Of a stretch of DNA of 64,000 bases, positions 26,340-37,852 are shown piece by piece. This DNA is from Eledone cirrhosa. Its lineage: Eukaryota. Position 1 is the stretch's first letter, and the number at the start of each line of letters is the position of its first letter. Below the pieces are notes generated by a model, which searched no databases, was not told the origin of the DNA, and saw nothing but the letters and a program-made list of their open reading frames with translations. The DNA lies in the NCBI GenBank assembly GCA_964016885.1, contig OZ024744.1, forward strand, positions 126,418,001 to 126,482,000. Reading direction: 5' to 3'. Both the position numbers and the translations under genes were made by a program.

Positions 26340-26500
26340 TCTACAGTTTCTGTCTCAACTCGTCTATGCTTGGTCGTTCCCGCACATTGACATTGCACAT
26401 CCAACGGAGCATGCTTGCTTCATTTCTCTCCAGCCGTCGCATGTCCTCTGCAGTTGCTGCCCGTGTCTCACTACCATGCAGCATCGCGCATCTAAACCTG
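26340..26500 (-). mobile_element. RTE LINE fragment
   Basis: AMLHGSET...RRLERNEASMLRWMCNV in ORF 26341-26637. Confidence 0.7.
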
Positions 26501-26519
26501 GCCCTTACCCTAACCCCAA

Positions 26520-27372
26520 CCTCTTTGGTTTTCGTTTTCTCGACGGCTAGCCGCATTTCGTGATCCGCCTTTCGATTGCGCTTCCGTCGCGGCAAAAGAA
26601 TTGCCTTTCCAGACCGCCGTCGCCCGACCGGACCCATGATAGAAGACGTTCGTTACCGTTGGAGCAACGCAAATTACTCCTCGGTTGACGCCAAAAACGA
26701 ACGCCTTCCCGCCTCGCGCCGCCTTCTCCTCGCCGACCCTCGGCCTCGACGATTAGCCACTTTCCGTCACAGCAGTAGATACGCGTCCGTCGTAATAGCC
26801 GTCATTTTAACGCAGGAGAAACGCCTAATTGCCCTGCACCGCGTTTGACGGCGATCTACGACGGCGACGATGCGCGCACTCTTCCTTGCTGCGACGAAGG
26901 TTTCGGCTTTTCGTCGTGGACCCGGTCAGGTCATGCCGCTGACCTCGCGTTACGGCGACGCGAGAAGACGTTCGTTACCGCTGGAGCAACGCAAATTACT
27001 CCTCGGTTGACGCCAAAAACGAACGCCTCGCGCCGCCGCTTCCTCCTCGGCCTCGACGATTAGCCGCTTTCCGTCACAGCAGTAGATACGCGTCCATCGT
27101 AATAGCCGTCATTTTAACGCAGGAGAAACGCCTTGACGACGATATACGACGGGTCGACGACGCGCGCACTCTTTCTGCTGCGACGAAGGTTTTGGCTTTT
27201 CGTTGTGGACCCGGTCGGGTCATGCCTCTGACCTCGCGTTGCGTCGCCACCGCCGCGGCGGGCTTGGGTTTAGCCGTAGCTACCCTCGTTTTGCCAACGG
27301 CGACGCGAGAAGACGTTCGTTACCGCTGGAGCAACGCAAATTACTCCTCGGATGAGGCCAAAAACGAACGCT
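26520..27372 (+). repeat. GC-rich element homologous to 33490-34560 (putative rDNA spacer/ETS piece), internally duplicated
   Basis: Shares agaagacgttcgttaccgctggagcaacgcaaattactcctcgg (3 copies) and ccgtcacagcagtag...caggagaaacgcc (2 copies). Preceded by cttaccctaaccccaac. Confidence 0.75.
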
Positions 27373-27450
27373 GAAGAGATATTGTCCATGGATATCGGGA
27401 ATTTTACCCGCCCTAGATAGATAGATAGATAGGGATGTATGTATGTATGT

Positions 27451-27490
<40 letters not shown>

Positions 27491-27869
27491 GTATGTATCT
27501 TTCTCATTCTCTCTGTATGTATGTATGTATGTATATATATATAATTATATATTTATAGACATCCTGAAAGCTTTTTAAATGTCTGAGAGATTGGCTAAAT
27601 ATGTTTTGCAGGTATGACCAGTAAGAGAGAGGTAAGTTATTTCAAAACAATTCTTTGACCATTATTTTAAGGTACTATCTCAGTGTATTTTTAAATTGAC
27701 CTCTTGATAGGATGAAATGACCTGTATAATTTTTTTCATATTTAGATGGAATAGAAGAAAAACAAGAAAAATGAAATGAATTCAAACAGAAAATATACAC
27801 CAATGCCAATGGAGGTATGATTTCAGTTTAATCTTAACCTAATGACCACTTTACAGAGTGTACTGGATA

Positions 27870-27954
<85 letters not shown>

Positions 27955-28229
27955 AGGAAGCTCCAACCGTTAAGGTTGTCTTTCCATTTATTAATATATT
28001 GTGTATTTACTCCACTAAACTGTTGAGTGCTTTATATCAGTTATAAAAAAATTTCAGCTTGTTGAATCCCAAAATAGTTGTTGAAACAGCCACAGCTCAG
28101 CCGTCGGGGTCCTGAATATTTATCATATATATATACGTATGAGTGTGTGTGTTTTGAGAATTAATAATTATATAAACAAGTTTGTAATGAACAATTTATT
28201 TCTTATCAAAACTGTATAAACATGATATT

Positions 28230-28900
28230 ATTTACAGTAAGAATAACAATAATAATGATGGTTTCTAGTAAAGGTGGAAGGCCAGTAATTTGGGGGAGGG
28301 GAAAGTTGATTAAATCGAAGAGAGAAAGAAAGAAAAAACAGAACGGGAAGGAGAGGGGATGGCAAGAGGTCCGGTGTCGCAGGAGAGAGGGGAGGGTGGT
28401 TGAGCTTTGAGTCTAGGGCAAGAGGGCAGAAATGCTGCGCCCCACGGATAAGACGGCAAAAATATTCTCGCGGACGATGGCCAGAGATACCCAATGCAAC
28501 AACCACCCAACCTCGCGGTGTTCCCTCCTCAGATGGGCTGCTGACTCTCCGATCTTTTGGAGGAGCTCGGCAGTACAAGGTCCAAGTACTCCTGGGGTCT
28601 CGACGTTGACTGGTGCAGAGAGGAAGTGGCCGGACAATCCTCGGTATTTGTTTATTTTACGTTCTTCTGCGAGGTGGGCTGCGATGCCGGGGTTTGTGAC
28701 CGAAACGACTTGGAAACGAAGTTGTAGGCGGAGATTGTGTCGTAGCTGGTGGTGTCCCAGATGAGGGACCTACGTCCTTCGAATGGGAAGAGAGTGATTC
28801 CGTCGGGGCGCTTGCCATCTCCGGGACCTGTTGGCCCCAGTTGTGATGGGAAGCCAGCTGCGTCCAGGCTTCTTCTCAATATGTCGTTGACAACGACGTG
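28230..28900 (-). mobile_element. CRE-clade-like (REL) non-LTR 3' fragment
   Basis: ORF 28652-28879: RRSLDAAGFPSQL...DGKRPDGITLFPF..G.SLIWDTT..DT. Confidence 0.7.
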
Positions 28901-29444
28901 TATCTATTCAATAATTATTTGAATATTGAAATTTTAGGTTTAACTACCTTTTAAACCAAATACATTAAGAAAGGCATGACCAACACCACATCATTTTTAT
29001 TTCTATTTTGAAAGTAGGTTTATAAGTATTAAATTTCAGTAGATTCTTATATCCTTCATGGTGGTCTGGTGGGAGATACGAGAGATGGTGGAGGTTCTGG
29101 TCTGGGGTTCAATCCTGCTCAGGAGATACTCTAAGGGGGTTCATACTAAACTTCTTCAGTGTTTCTTATCTCTAGAGACAAATATATATACATAAGGTAA
29201 TCTGGTAAAGTTGTTAGAACATCACATAGAATTCTTTGTAGTATTTTTTCCAGTTCTTCAATCTGAGTTCAACTTTACTTTTCTTCCATTCGGGGTTGAT
29301 AATAACGTACCAGTCAAATACTAGGGGTTAATTCTTCCTCTATATCTCTTTCTCACTCTCTGTCTGTTTTATTAAGACCTGGAGAGGTGATGTACTCTAC
29401 CAGGTTTTATAATGAGTGATGGGGTCATACCTGCCTGCTACACC

Positions 29445-29765
29445 TCTGTGTACTAAGTGTAGCATATTATATCCTTGTTCAGGGCCTTCCTGACATTACT
29501 GTGTACTAAGGGTAGCATTTTATATCCTTGTTCAGGGCCATCTTAACATTGCTGTGTACTAAGTGTAGCATATTATATCCTTGTTCGGGGCCTTCCTGAC
29601 ATTAGTGTGTACTGAGTGTAGATTTTAACATCCTTGTTCTGGGCCTTCCTAACATTACTGTGTACTGAGTGTAGATTTTAACATCTTTGTTCAGAGCCTT
29701 CCTTACATTACTGTGTACTAAGTGTAGCATTTCATATACTTGTTCTGGGCCTTCCTAACGTTACT
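29445..29765. repeat. 53-bp minisatellite (~6 copies)
   Basis: gtgtact at 29448, 29501 and 29554. Confidence 0.85.
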
Positions 29766-29769
29766 GTGG

Positions 29770-30545
29770 AAATAGTAGTTTATATCCAATATGTAATATA
29801 GATATGGATTCTACAGGACTAAAACTCATTAATATGAGGGGTATTAGTAGATTATATGCCATATTTAATAGAGAAATGGCTTCTACAAGACTAAAACTCA
29901 TTAATATGAGGGGTATTACAGTTTATATGCCATATTTAATACAGAAATGGCTTCTAAAGGACTAGAACTCTTTAAATTGAATAAAATAGTAGTATATATC
30001 CTATGTTTAATACAGAAATGCCTTCTAAAGGACTCATTAATATGAGGGTATTAGTAGATTATATAACATATTTAATACAGAAATGGCTTTTAAATTCAGG
30101 GACTCGTTAATTTGATGGAAATAGTAGTGTCTATGCAATATTTAATACAGAAATAGCTTCTACAGGACTAAAACTAATTAATATGAGGGGTATTAGTAGT
30201 ATATGTGCCATATTTAATACAGAGATGGCTTCTAAATGGAGGTATCTCATTAATTCGATTGAAATGGTAGTGTATATGCAATATTTAATACAGAAATAGC
30301 TTCTACAAGAATAAAACTCATTAATATGAAGGTTATTATTACATTATATGCCATATTTAATACAGAAATCGGTTCTAAAGGACTAGAACTCTTTAATTCA
30401 AATCAAATAGTAGTATAAAGCAATATTTACTACAGAAATGGCTTCTACAAGACTAAAAATCCTTAATATGAGGGGTATTGTTAGATTATATACCATATTT
30501 AATACAGAAATGGCTTCTAAATGAAGAAATCTCTTTAATTCGATA
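29770..30545. repeat. ~71-bp AT-rich minisatellite (~11 copies)
   Basis: atatttaatacagaaatggcttcta recurs every ~65-72 bp. Confidence 0.85.
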
Positions 30546-31199
30546 GTAATAGTAATAATAATAATAGTAATAGTAATAATACAGCCAATTTTCCACGCAA
30601 TACTTTTAGTTAGCACCCCGAACGCATAATTGGGAATATAATCACTTATTTCCTAATGTTTGTTGAGTGAGTTGGGAAAAAAAACTTGGGAAATATATTT
30701 TCAGGGTCTCAAAATCTTAAAGAGAAAAAAAAGTCCTGTGGAAGGTAGCAAAACAATTAGGAAGAAAATGGTTTGAAGTTGGTTGGTGAGTATAAGATTA
30801 CAGTATCTTGTTGATTTCTATAAAGTTTACTTTTAACTGAATTGGTAAAAATGGATAAATTAGAAGACACAATATAATAACTAATATTGTCTTCTAAAAC
30901 AGGGAATAAAAATATGTTGGTGTATTGGGGGGGGGGGGGGTAAACATGTGAGTTAATGGGAATGTTTTTGTTTGTTTTTATTGAAACATATTCAATCTAC
31001 AGATAGGTTGTTATAGTTATTTAGTCTCGGGTCTGCCATTATCTGCAGATTTATAATTGAGGGGTGTTCCAGGTGTGACCACCCTACATTATTCCTAGAG
31101 ATTGTTACTCCTTCATTCTTCAGTCATCTTGGTCTTCTTATGAGATGGTGGTGTAGTCTTATTTATTGTTAAGGTTATGGTCTTCCTTTGTCCACACTC

Positions 31200-31237
<38 letters not shown>

Positions 31238-31249
31238 AAAGGCTTCCTT

Positions 31250-32275
31250 CTCTGGAAAAAGATGATTTAATATTCACAACCATCTGTCTAATTGTTTTCT
31301 GATGAGAATAAAGTTAATCTTGCTTGTATGTCTACCTGATCAAATGACTGGCTGATATCTTGAAGTCATTTACACCACAGAACTGTAGGAGTCTTGATCC
31401 CTCAAGCCATACCTCTAGCCATCATGTACTCCAAAAGAGTCTCACCTTGGTGCTACTCAACATGTCCATTAAATTTAGCAGCAAGGATGCCCTCTTCTTA
31501 GTGAGAGACAACTACAAGAGAGGTTCTTAGAGAAGAATAAGCCACTATAGTTAACTTTTGTTGACATAGAGAACCCCGATCTGTCATCTGGTGGTCCTTA
31601 AGGAAACTAGGTGTAGGGGAATGGCTTGTGAGGACAGTGCAAGCTATGTACAAGGGTGCTGTCAGTAAAGTGAGAGGAGGAATTCCAGAAACAAAGTAGG
31701 TGTACATCAGGGTTCGGTCCTCAGTCCGCTCTTGTTCATTATAGTCCTCCCTCCCTCCCTCCCTCCCTCCCTCCCTCCAAGCCATAACAGAGGAGGAGTA
31801 GTTTAAGACTGGATGCCCATGGGAACTTCTCTATGCTGACGATCTGGTTCTTATAGCAGAATCAGTAGAGGAGCTAGCTAGAGAATAAATTCTGGCTATG
31901 GAAACAGCAGTAGTTGGAATCAAGAAGACTGAGAGTGAACCTAGCTAAGACAAAAGTGTTTATAAGTAGAAGAGAGGACAAAACTCTGATTCTGTCAGGG
32001 AAATGGCCATGTTCGATATGTAGGAAAGGAGTTGGCATAAATTCTATGAAATGTAGTACGCAATGCAGATCTTGGCTACACAAGAGATGTAGTGGGATAG
32101 CAGGAAAACTGACTGACAGGTAGGGAGAAATACGTATGCAGTAGATGTACAGGGAAATTTGACAGAGATTGCAGTGATAGACACATTTTTCAAATGCAGG
32201 TGGGATCTATAGAGGGAGTTGATAGCTTCTGATACCTAGGTGATCAGATTAGTAAGGGAGGAGGGTGATATAAAA
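31250..32275. mobile_element. RTE LINE: APE part on minus strand (~31250-31495), RT+PHD on plus strand (~31500-32275)
   Basis: Plus: GVHQGSVLSPLLFIIV, GCPWELLYADD, KWPCSICRKGVG...WLHKRCSG. Minus: FNGHV and RLLQFC-like APE motifs. Confidence 0.8.
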
Positions 32276-32796
32276 TATATTGTTATCATGACTGTCTTTA
32301 TTATTTAAATTACCTCTGTCTATTTACAGATTTTACAGAGTGTACTGGGTGCTTTTATGATGGGAGCAGCAACTCTATACGATTTTACAGAGTGTACTTG
32401 GTGCTTTTATCATGGCACATGGCAGCAGCAGAAGCAGCAACTACGATTTTACAGAGTGTACTTGGTGCTTTTTACTCTGACATCAGCACTGAGGAAGTTG
32501 TCATATTTTCAGCTAAATTAATGAGTAGAAAAACCAAGTTTCTGCTACAAAAAATTCTCAGATTCAAGGGAGACATTCAGTTTAAGTATGGTATACTGTC
32601 ACTAAGGCAGCAAATTGGCAGAGTCGCTAGAATATCAGATAGCATTCTTTACATTATTTGTTTCAGCTCTCTGTTCTCTCAATTCAAATCCTGCTCAGGT
32701 CAACTTTGCCTTTCATCCATACAAAATAGATTAATAAAAGTACCAGTGTATTACTGGGGTCAATTCTTCTTCTAACTCTTCTGCACTTCCATTCTC

Positions 32797-32837
<41 letters not shown>

Positions 32838-33079
32838 GCTTCTTTAGAACACATCTGCTGTATTCAGACCTGGAGCGGAGATGGGCTCCACCAAGTTTTA
32901 AAAATTGCCCTTTAAGCGCTGTATGTCAATATGGTGCCCCTATGATTCCCTCCCTCAGGAGTTATGGGACCATAGATACTGTCAATTGTAAAGAATAACA
33001 GAGATATTCAGTGCTAGTGTGGTGTTCTGTCAGTTGTGGAGATTGATGAATCTAAACAGAAATATCAACAGCACTTTTC

Positions 33080-33260
33080 ATTTCTGAGTAACACATTTGT
33101 TACCAAGTGCTGCATGGCTGGAATGAAAATCAGTGCTGTGAAAACCAAGACATTCATCCTCTCAAGGAAGCTTGTGCAGTGCACTCTACATGTAAATGGA
33201 GTCCCACTGAAGCAGGTAGAAAAGTTCATGTATCTCGAAGCTGTGTTCACGAGTGATGAC
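33080..33260 (+). mobile_element. LINE RT C-terminal fragment
   Basis: GMKISAVKTK...LKQVEKFMYL..VFTSD in ORF 33036. Confidence 0.6.
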
Positions 33261-33395
33261 AGAGACGGCAAAGGCACAACACACAACAGAAGAAAAGAAC
33301 AATGACAATTATTATTATTATTATTATTATTATTTGTTTTATTAGTTTTATTATAATAAAAATTGTGCTGTTAGTTTGCTTGCTATACCATCATG

Positions 33396-33490
33396 TACCC
33401 TAACCCTAAACCTAACCCCAACTCCAACTCTGACCCTAAACCTAACCCCAACCCCAACCCCAACCCTAACCCTAACCCTAACCCTAACCC
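33396..33490 (-). repeat. Interstitial telomeric repeat (TTAGGG)n, variant to perfect
   Basis: ~16 CCCTAA/CCCCAA hexamers. The last four are perfect and abut the 172-bp array. Confidence 0.85.
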
Positions 33491-34247
33491 ACGATAGAAG
33501 ACGTTCGTTACCGCTGGAGCAACGCAAATTACTCCTCGGTTGACGCCAAAAACGAACGCCTTCTCGACGGCTAGCCGCATTTCGTGATCCGCCTTTCGAT
33601 TGCGCTTCCGTCGCGGAAAAAGAATTGCCTTTATAGGCCGCCGCCGCCCGACCGGACCCACGATAGAAGACGTTCGTTACCGCTGGAGCAACGCAAATTA
33701 CTCCTCGGTTGACGCCAAAAACGAACGCCTTCTCGACGGCTAGCCGCATTTCGTGATCCGCCTTTCGATTGCGCTTCCGTCGCGGAAAAAGAATTGCCTT
33801 TATAGGCCGCCGCCGCCGCCCGACCGGACCCACGATAGAAGACGTTCGTTACCGCTGGAGCAACGCAAATTACTCCTCGGTTGACGCCAAAAACGAACGC
33901 CTTCTCGACGGCTAGCCGCATTTCGTGATCCGCCTTTCGATTGCGCTTCCGTCGCGGAAAAAGAATTGCCTTTATAGGCCGCCGCCGCCGCCCGACCGGA
34001 CCCACGATAGAAGACGTTCGTTACCGCTGGAGCAACGCAAATTACTCCTCGGTTGACGCCAAAAACGAACGCCTTCTCGACGGCTAGCCGCATTTCGTGA
34101 TCCGCCTTTCGATTGCGCTTCCGTCGCGGAAAAAGAATTGCCTTTATAGGCCGCCGCCGCCGCCCGACCGGACCCACGATAGAAGACGTTCGTTACCGCT
34201 GGAGCAACGCAAATTACTCCTCGGTTGACGCCAAAAACGAACGCCTT
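33490..34247 (+). repeat. GC-rich 172-bp tandem repeat (4.4 copies), putative rDNA spacer subrepeats
   Basis: cacgatagaag at 33490, 33659, 33831, 34003 and 34175. Lies ~360 bp upstream of the 18S 5' end. Confidence 0.85.
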
Positions 34248-34605
34248 CCGGTTCGGGCGACGTAAAAGTCTGTAGCCTTTTCGCCGATCCTCGACGATTA
34301 TCCGCCTTCCGAACAACCGCCTTTCCGCCGTCACAGCAGTAGGTACTCGTCCGTCGTAATAGCCGTCATTTTAATGCAGGAGAAACGCCTAAATGCACTG
34401 CGATTGACGACGATCTACGACGCGCTTACTCTTCCTTGCTGCGACGAAGGTTTCGTTCGGCTTTTCGTCGTGGACCCGGTCAGGTCATGCCGCTGATCTC
34501 GCGTTGCGTCGTTACCGCTGGAGCAACGCAAATTACTCCTCGTTTAACGCCAACATCGAACGCGCTTCGGTTCTCGGTCGTCGTTGTTTTGTTTCGTGCG
34601 GAAGA

Positions 34606-34790
34606 TACCTGGGTGATCCTGCCAGTAGTCATATGCTTGTCTCAAAGCTTAAGCCATGCAAGTGGAAGTTCATGCCGTAAACGAAAATGGTGAAACCGCG
34701 AATGGCTCAGGAACCGGATCTAATCCTCGGGACCGTATTCCTCACCGCGAGGAGAGGATAACTGTGGCAATTCTAGAGCTAATACATGCA
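34606..34790 (+). rRNA. 18S rRNA 5' fragment (truncated, pseudogene-like)
   Basis: tacctgggtgatcctgccagtagtcatatgcttgtctcaaagcttaagccatgca ... ggataactgtggcaattctagagctaatacatgc matches the universal eukaryotic 18S start. Confidence 0.9.
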
Positions 34791-36050
34791 ATTGAGATCG
34801 GAGAGGGAGCGATCCGTCTGCTTGATTCCGATAACGAACGAGACATTCGTATCCGAAAGAACGTTTGTCTGGAAACTGGTGAGTCAGTGAGTCGAAAAAA
34901 AAAATATCTCGGTGGTAGTAGCAAATATTCGAACGAGACATTCGTATGCGAAAGAACGTTTGTCGGTGGTAGTAGCAAATATTCGAACGAGACATTCGTA
35001 TGCGAAAGAACGTTTGTCTGGAAGTGGCGATCCATGCCCGGTGGATAGTTGGTTCCGGGTTTTACTATGATTGTTGCAAAACAGAAACTTAAAGGGATTG
35101 ACAGAATTTGCGATTCCGGAGAGAGGGCGATCCGTCTGCTTGATTCCGATAACGAACGAGACATTCGTATCCGAGAGAACGTTTGTCTGGAAACTGGTGA
35201 GTCAGTGAGTCGAAAAAAAAATATCTCGGTGGTAGTAGCAAATATTCGAACGAGACATTCGTATGCGAAAGAAAAATATCTCGGTGGTAGTAGCAAATAT
35301 TCGAACGAGACATTCGTATGCGAAAGAACGTTTGTCTGGAAGTGGCGATCCATGCCCGGTGGATAGTTGGTTCCGGGTTTTACTATGATTGTTGCAAAAC
35401 AGAAACTTAAAGGGATTGACAGAATTTGCCATTCCGGAGAGGGGGCGATCCGTCTGCTTGATTCCGATAACGAACGAGACATTCGTATCCGAAAGAACGT
35501 TTGTCTGGAAACTGGTGAGTCAGTGAGTCGAAAAAAAAATATCTCGGTGGTAGTAGCAAATATTCGAACGAGACATTCGTATGCGAAAGAACGTTTGTCT
35601 GGAAGTGGCGATCCATGCTCGGTGGATAGTTGGTTCCGGGTTTTACTATGATTGTTGCAAAACAGAAACTTAAAGGGATTGACAGAATTTGCGATTCCGG
35701 AGAGGGGGCGATCCGTCTGCTTGATTCCGATAACGAACGAGACATTCGTATCCGAAAGAACGTTTGTCTGGAAACTGGTGAGTCAGTGAGTCGAAAAAAA
35801 AATATCTCGGTGGTAGTAGCAAATATTCGTATGCGAAAGAAAAGATCTCGGTGGTAGTAGCAAATATTCGAACGAGACATTCGTATGCGAAAGAAAAATA
35901 TCTCGGTGGTAGTAGCAAATATTCGAACGAGACATTCGTATTCGAAAGAACGTTTGTCTGGAAGTTGCGATCCATGCCCGGTGGATAGTTGGTTCCGGGC
36001 TTTACTATGATTGTTGCAAAACAGAAACTTAAAGGAATTGACAGAATTTT
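34791..36050 (+). pseudogene. Four tandem units (318/318/263/~340 bp) of scrambled 18S and 28S rRNA fragments
   Basis: 18S motifs gattccggagaggg, ttccgataacgaacgagac, cattcgtat, gaaacttaaagg.attgac. 28S motif ggtggtagtagcaaatattc.aacgaga. Confidence 0.8.
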
Positions 36051-36089
36051 CGAATCGACATCAACTCGGCTACGGCTATCCCGTCGAGT

Positions 36090-36430
36090 ACGAGAGTATC
36101 GCGGGATCAGAGCAACGGTTTGCTAGGCTGCCTCTGAGCGATAACGGCTGAACGCCTCCTCTAAGCCGGAACCCTAGCCGGACCCGAGTTGTTTTTCGAC
36201 AAGCGTCTCGACCTTCTTAAGGCCCATGCCTTAGTTTGGCGATTGCCGTCCGTTCGCCGACGGCGGCAGCGTCAGCGGAAATGCCATTCTGTGACGACTA
36301 CGACGATTCGTCGTCGTCGTCGTCCATTCGATTTCCTGAAAGAGATAGAGACTAAAGTGATCAAATTGTTCGGAGTTACGTGCTTAGTAGAGCAGCTACC
36401 ACACTGCAATCTATTGAGAGTTTTCTGACG
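36090..36430 (+). rRNA. 28S rRNA 3'-terminal fragment (degenerate)
   Basis: ctgaacgcctc..ctaagcc and gtagagcagctacc.cactgcaatctattga resemble the 28S 3' end. Confidence 0.7.
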
Positions 36431-37454
36431 AACGATACAATCCGCCCACGTGGCGCCAGAAAGGGAGAAGAAAAGAAAAGTTAGACGCCGCCGATCGATC
36501 GGTTCGTTGTTTTACGTGTACACAGCTTGTGTGTGTGTCTGTATGTGATACAAGCCGCCTATCCGTCTTCCAAGTAAGTTTTGTGTGTAGACTGCGGAAA
36601 GAAATCCAATCCGCCGTCTAGGCGGTTCTGCCGCCGACCCATACTTTTGCGAGTCGCTCCCGGGAAAGACAGGCGGCAAGACGGCGTGTATACACGACGC
36701 CTTCCGTCTTCCGCCTCGAACCCGGGCAAACGTTCCTTTATTCGTCCACGCCTTCCCGCTTCGATCGCGAGAAAGTAATCAATCTGTTTTGTGTGTGTGT
36801 CTGTGTGTGATACAAATTTGTTTTCTTAATTTGATAACCATGAATTGTTTCAACACCGGCCCTTTTAAGGGCCACTTATATTTTCAATAATCAGTTTAAA
36901 TGGGTTGCACCGTAGCCACTTGGTAATACACTGCAAATCTCCCGTCAATCTATGAAGGTTTTGTAGTAGATTAGATCAAAACACAATCAGCAAGACAGTA
37001 ATGGAATGAATAATATAAACATTTGTTTATAATTAAAGCCTTAAGATGTCCCTCCCTCCCTCCCTTCCTCCCTTCCTTCCTTCCTTCCTTCCTTCCTTAC
37101 GATATACACTTTAATAACATTGAAACTTATTTAATAAGTTTAAATTTTAAACACTTTTTATTCAGACGTACCGCGATAAGTAACTAGATATGTTCTAACG
37201 AATAATCCGCGATGTGGCGAGGATTACCGCGATAGGAAATTAGATACGTTCCAAAGAAATATCCGCGAAAAGTGAACCGCGATATAGCGGGTTCACCAGC
37301 CAGTGTATTACTGGTACTTTATTTTATCGACCCCCATAAGGATGAAAGGCAAAGTTAACTGTGCAATAACAAAGGGAGATAACCTCGTCTTTTTTTTTTT
37401 ACGGAGTTATTTCCCTTTAAATTTTATCTATTACTTATGATGATACAATTTAAT

Positions 37455-37586
37455 CAGTTCTTAGCTGTCGAGACACTGCATCCTTTAAAACCTCCATGGA
37501 ACAAGCTACCTGCAACAGTTGTTAGCTGTCGAGACACTGCATCTTTTAAAACCTCCATGGAACAAACTACCTGCATCAGTTGTTAG
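37455..37586 (+). mobile_element. CR1-like 3' fragment, tandemly duplicated
   Basis: Reads WNKLPA.VVSCRDTASFKTSM about twice. Confidence 0.55.
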
Positions 37587-37852
37587 GGTCTGAGTTCAAA
37601 TCACGCCGAGGAGGTTAACTTTGCCTTTCATCCTTACGGGGTCGGTCGGAAAACGAACCATTCCCGGTTCGCTTTCGAAGCGGGTTTCCGAAAACAGCGC
37701 TTCTCTCGACCGGGCCCGTCGTCCGCTCGGCGGTGGTTTTCATCGTCCCAGGCACGGCTAACAGGCGGAGACGGGACAAACGCGCGTGTTCCTTTTTTTA
37801 TCAGCCGCAGCGCCGTTCGTATATATGCTTAGGTTGTTTTTTTTTTAAATAT

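Noticed and set aside
33396-33490. True chromosome end
   Set aside because: The tract is short, partly degenerate and flanked by sequence on both sides.
33351-35975. ORFs across the 172-bp and rRNA mosaic repeats
   Set aside because: They are repeat-derived with no domain signal.
34606-36430. Functional rRNA operon
   Set aside because: It is far too short, no 5.8S was recognised, and the segments are scrambled and duplicated.
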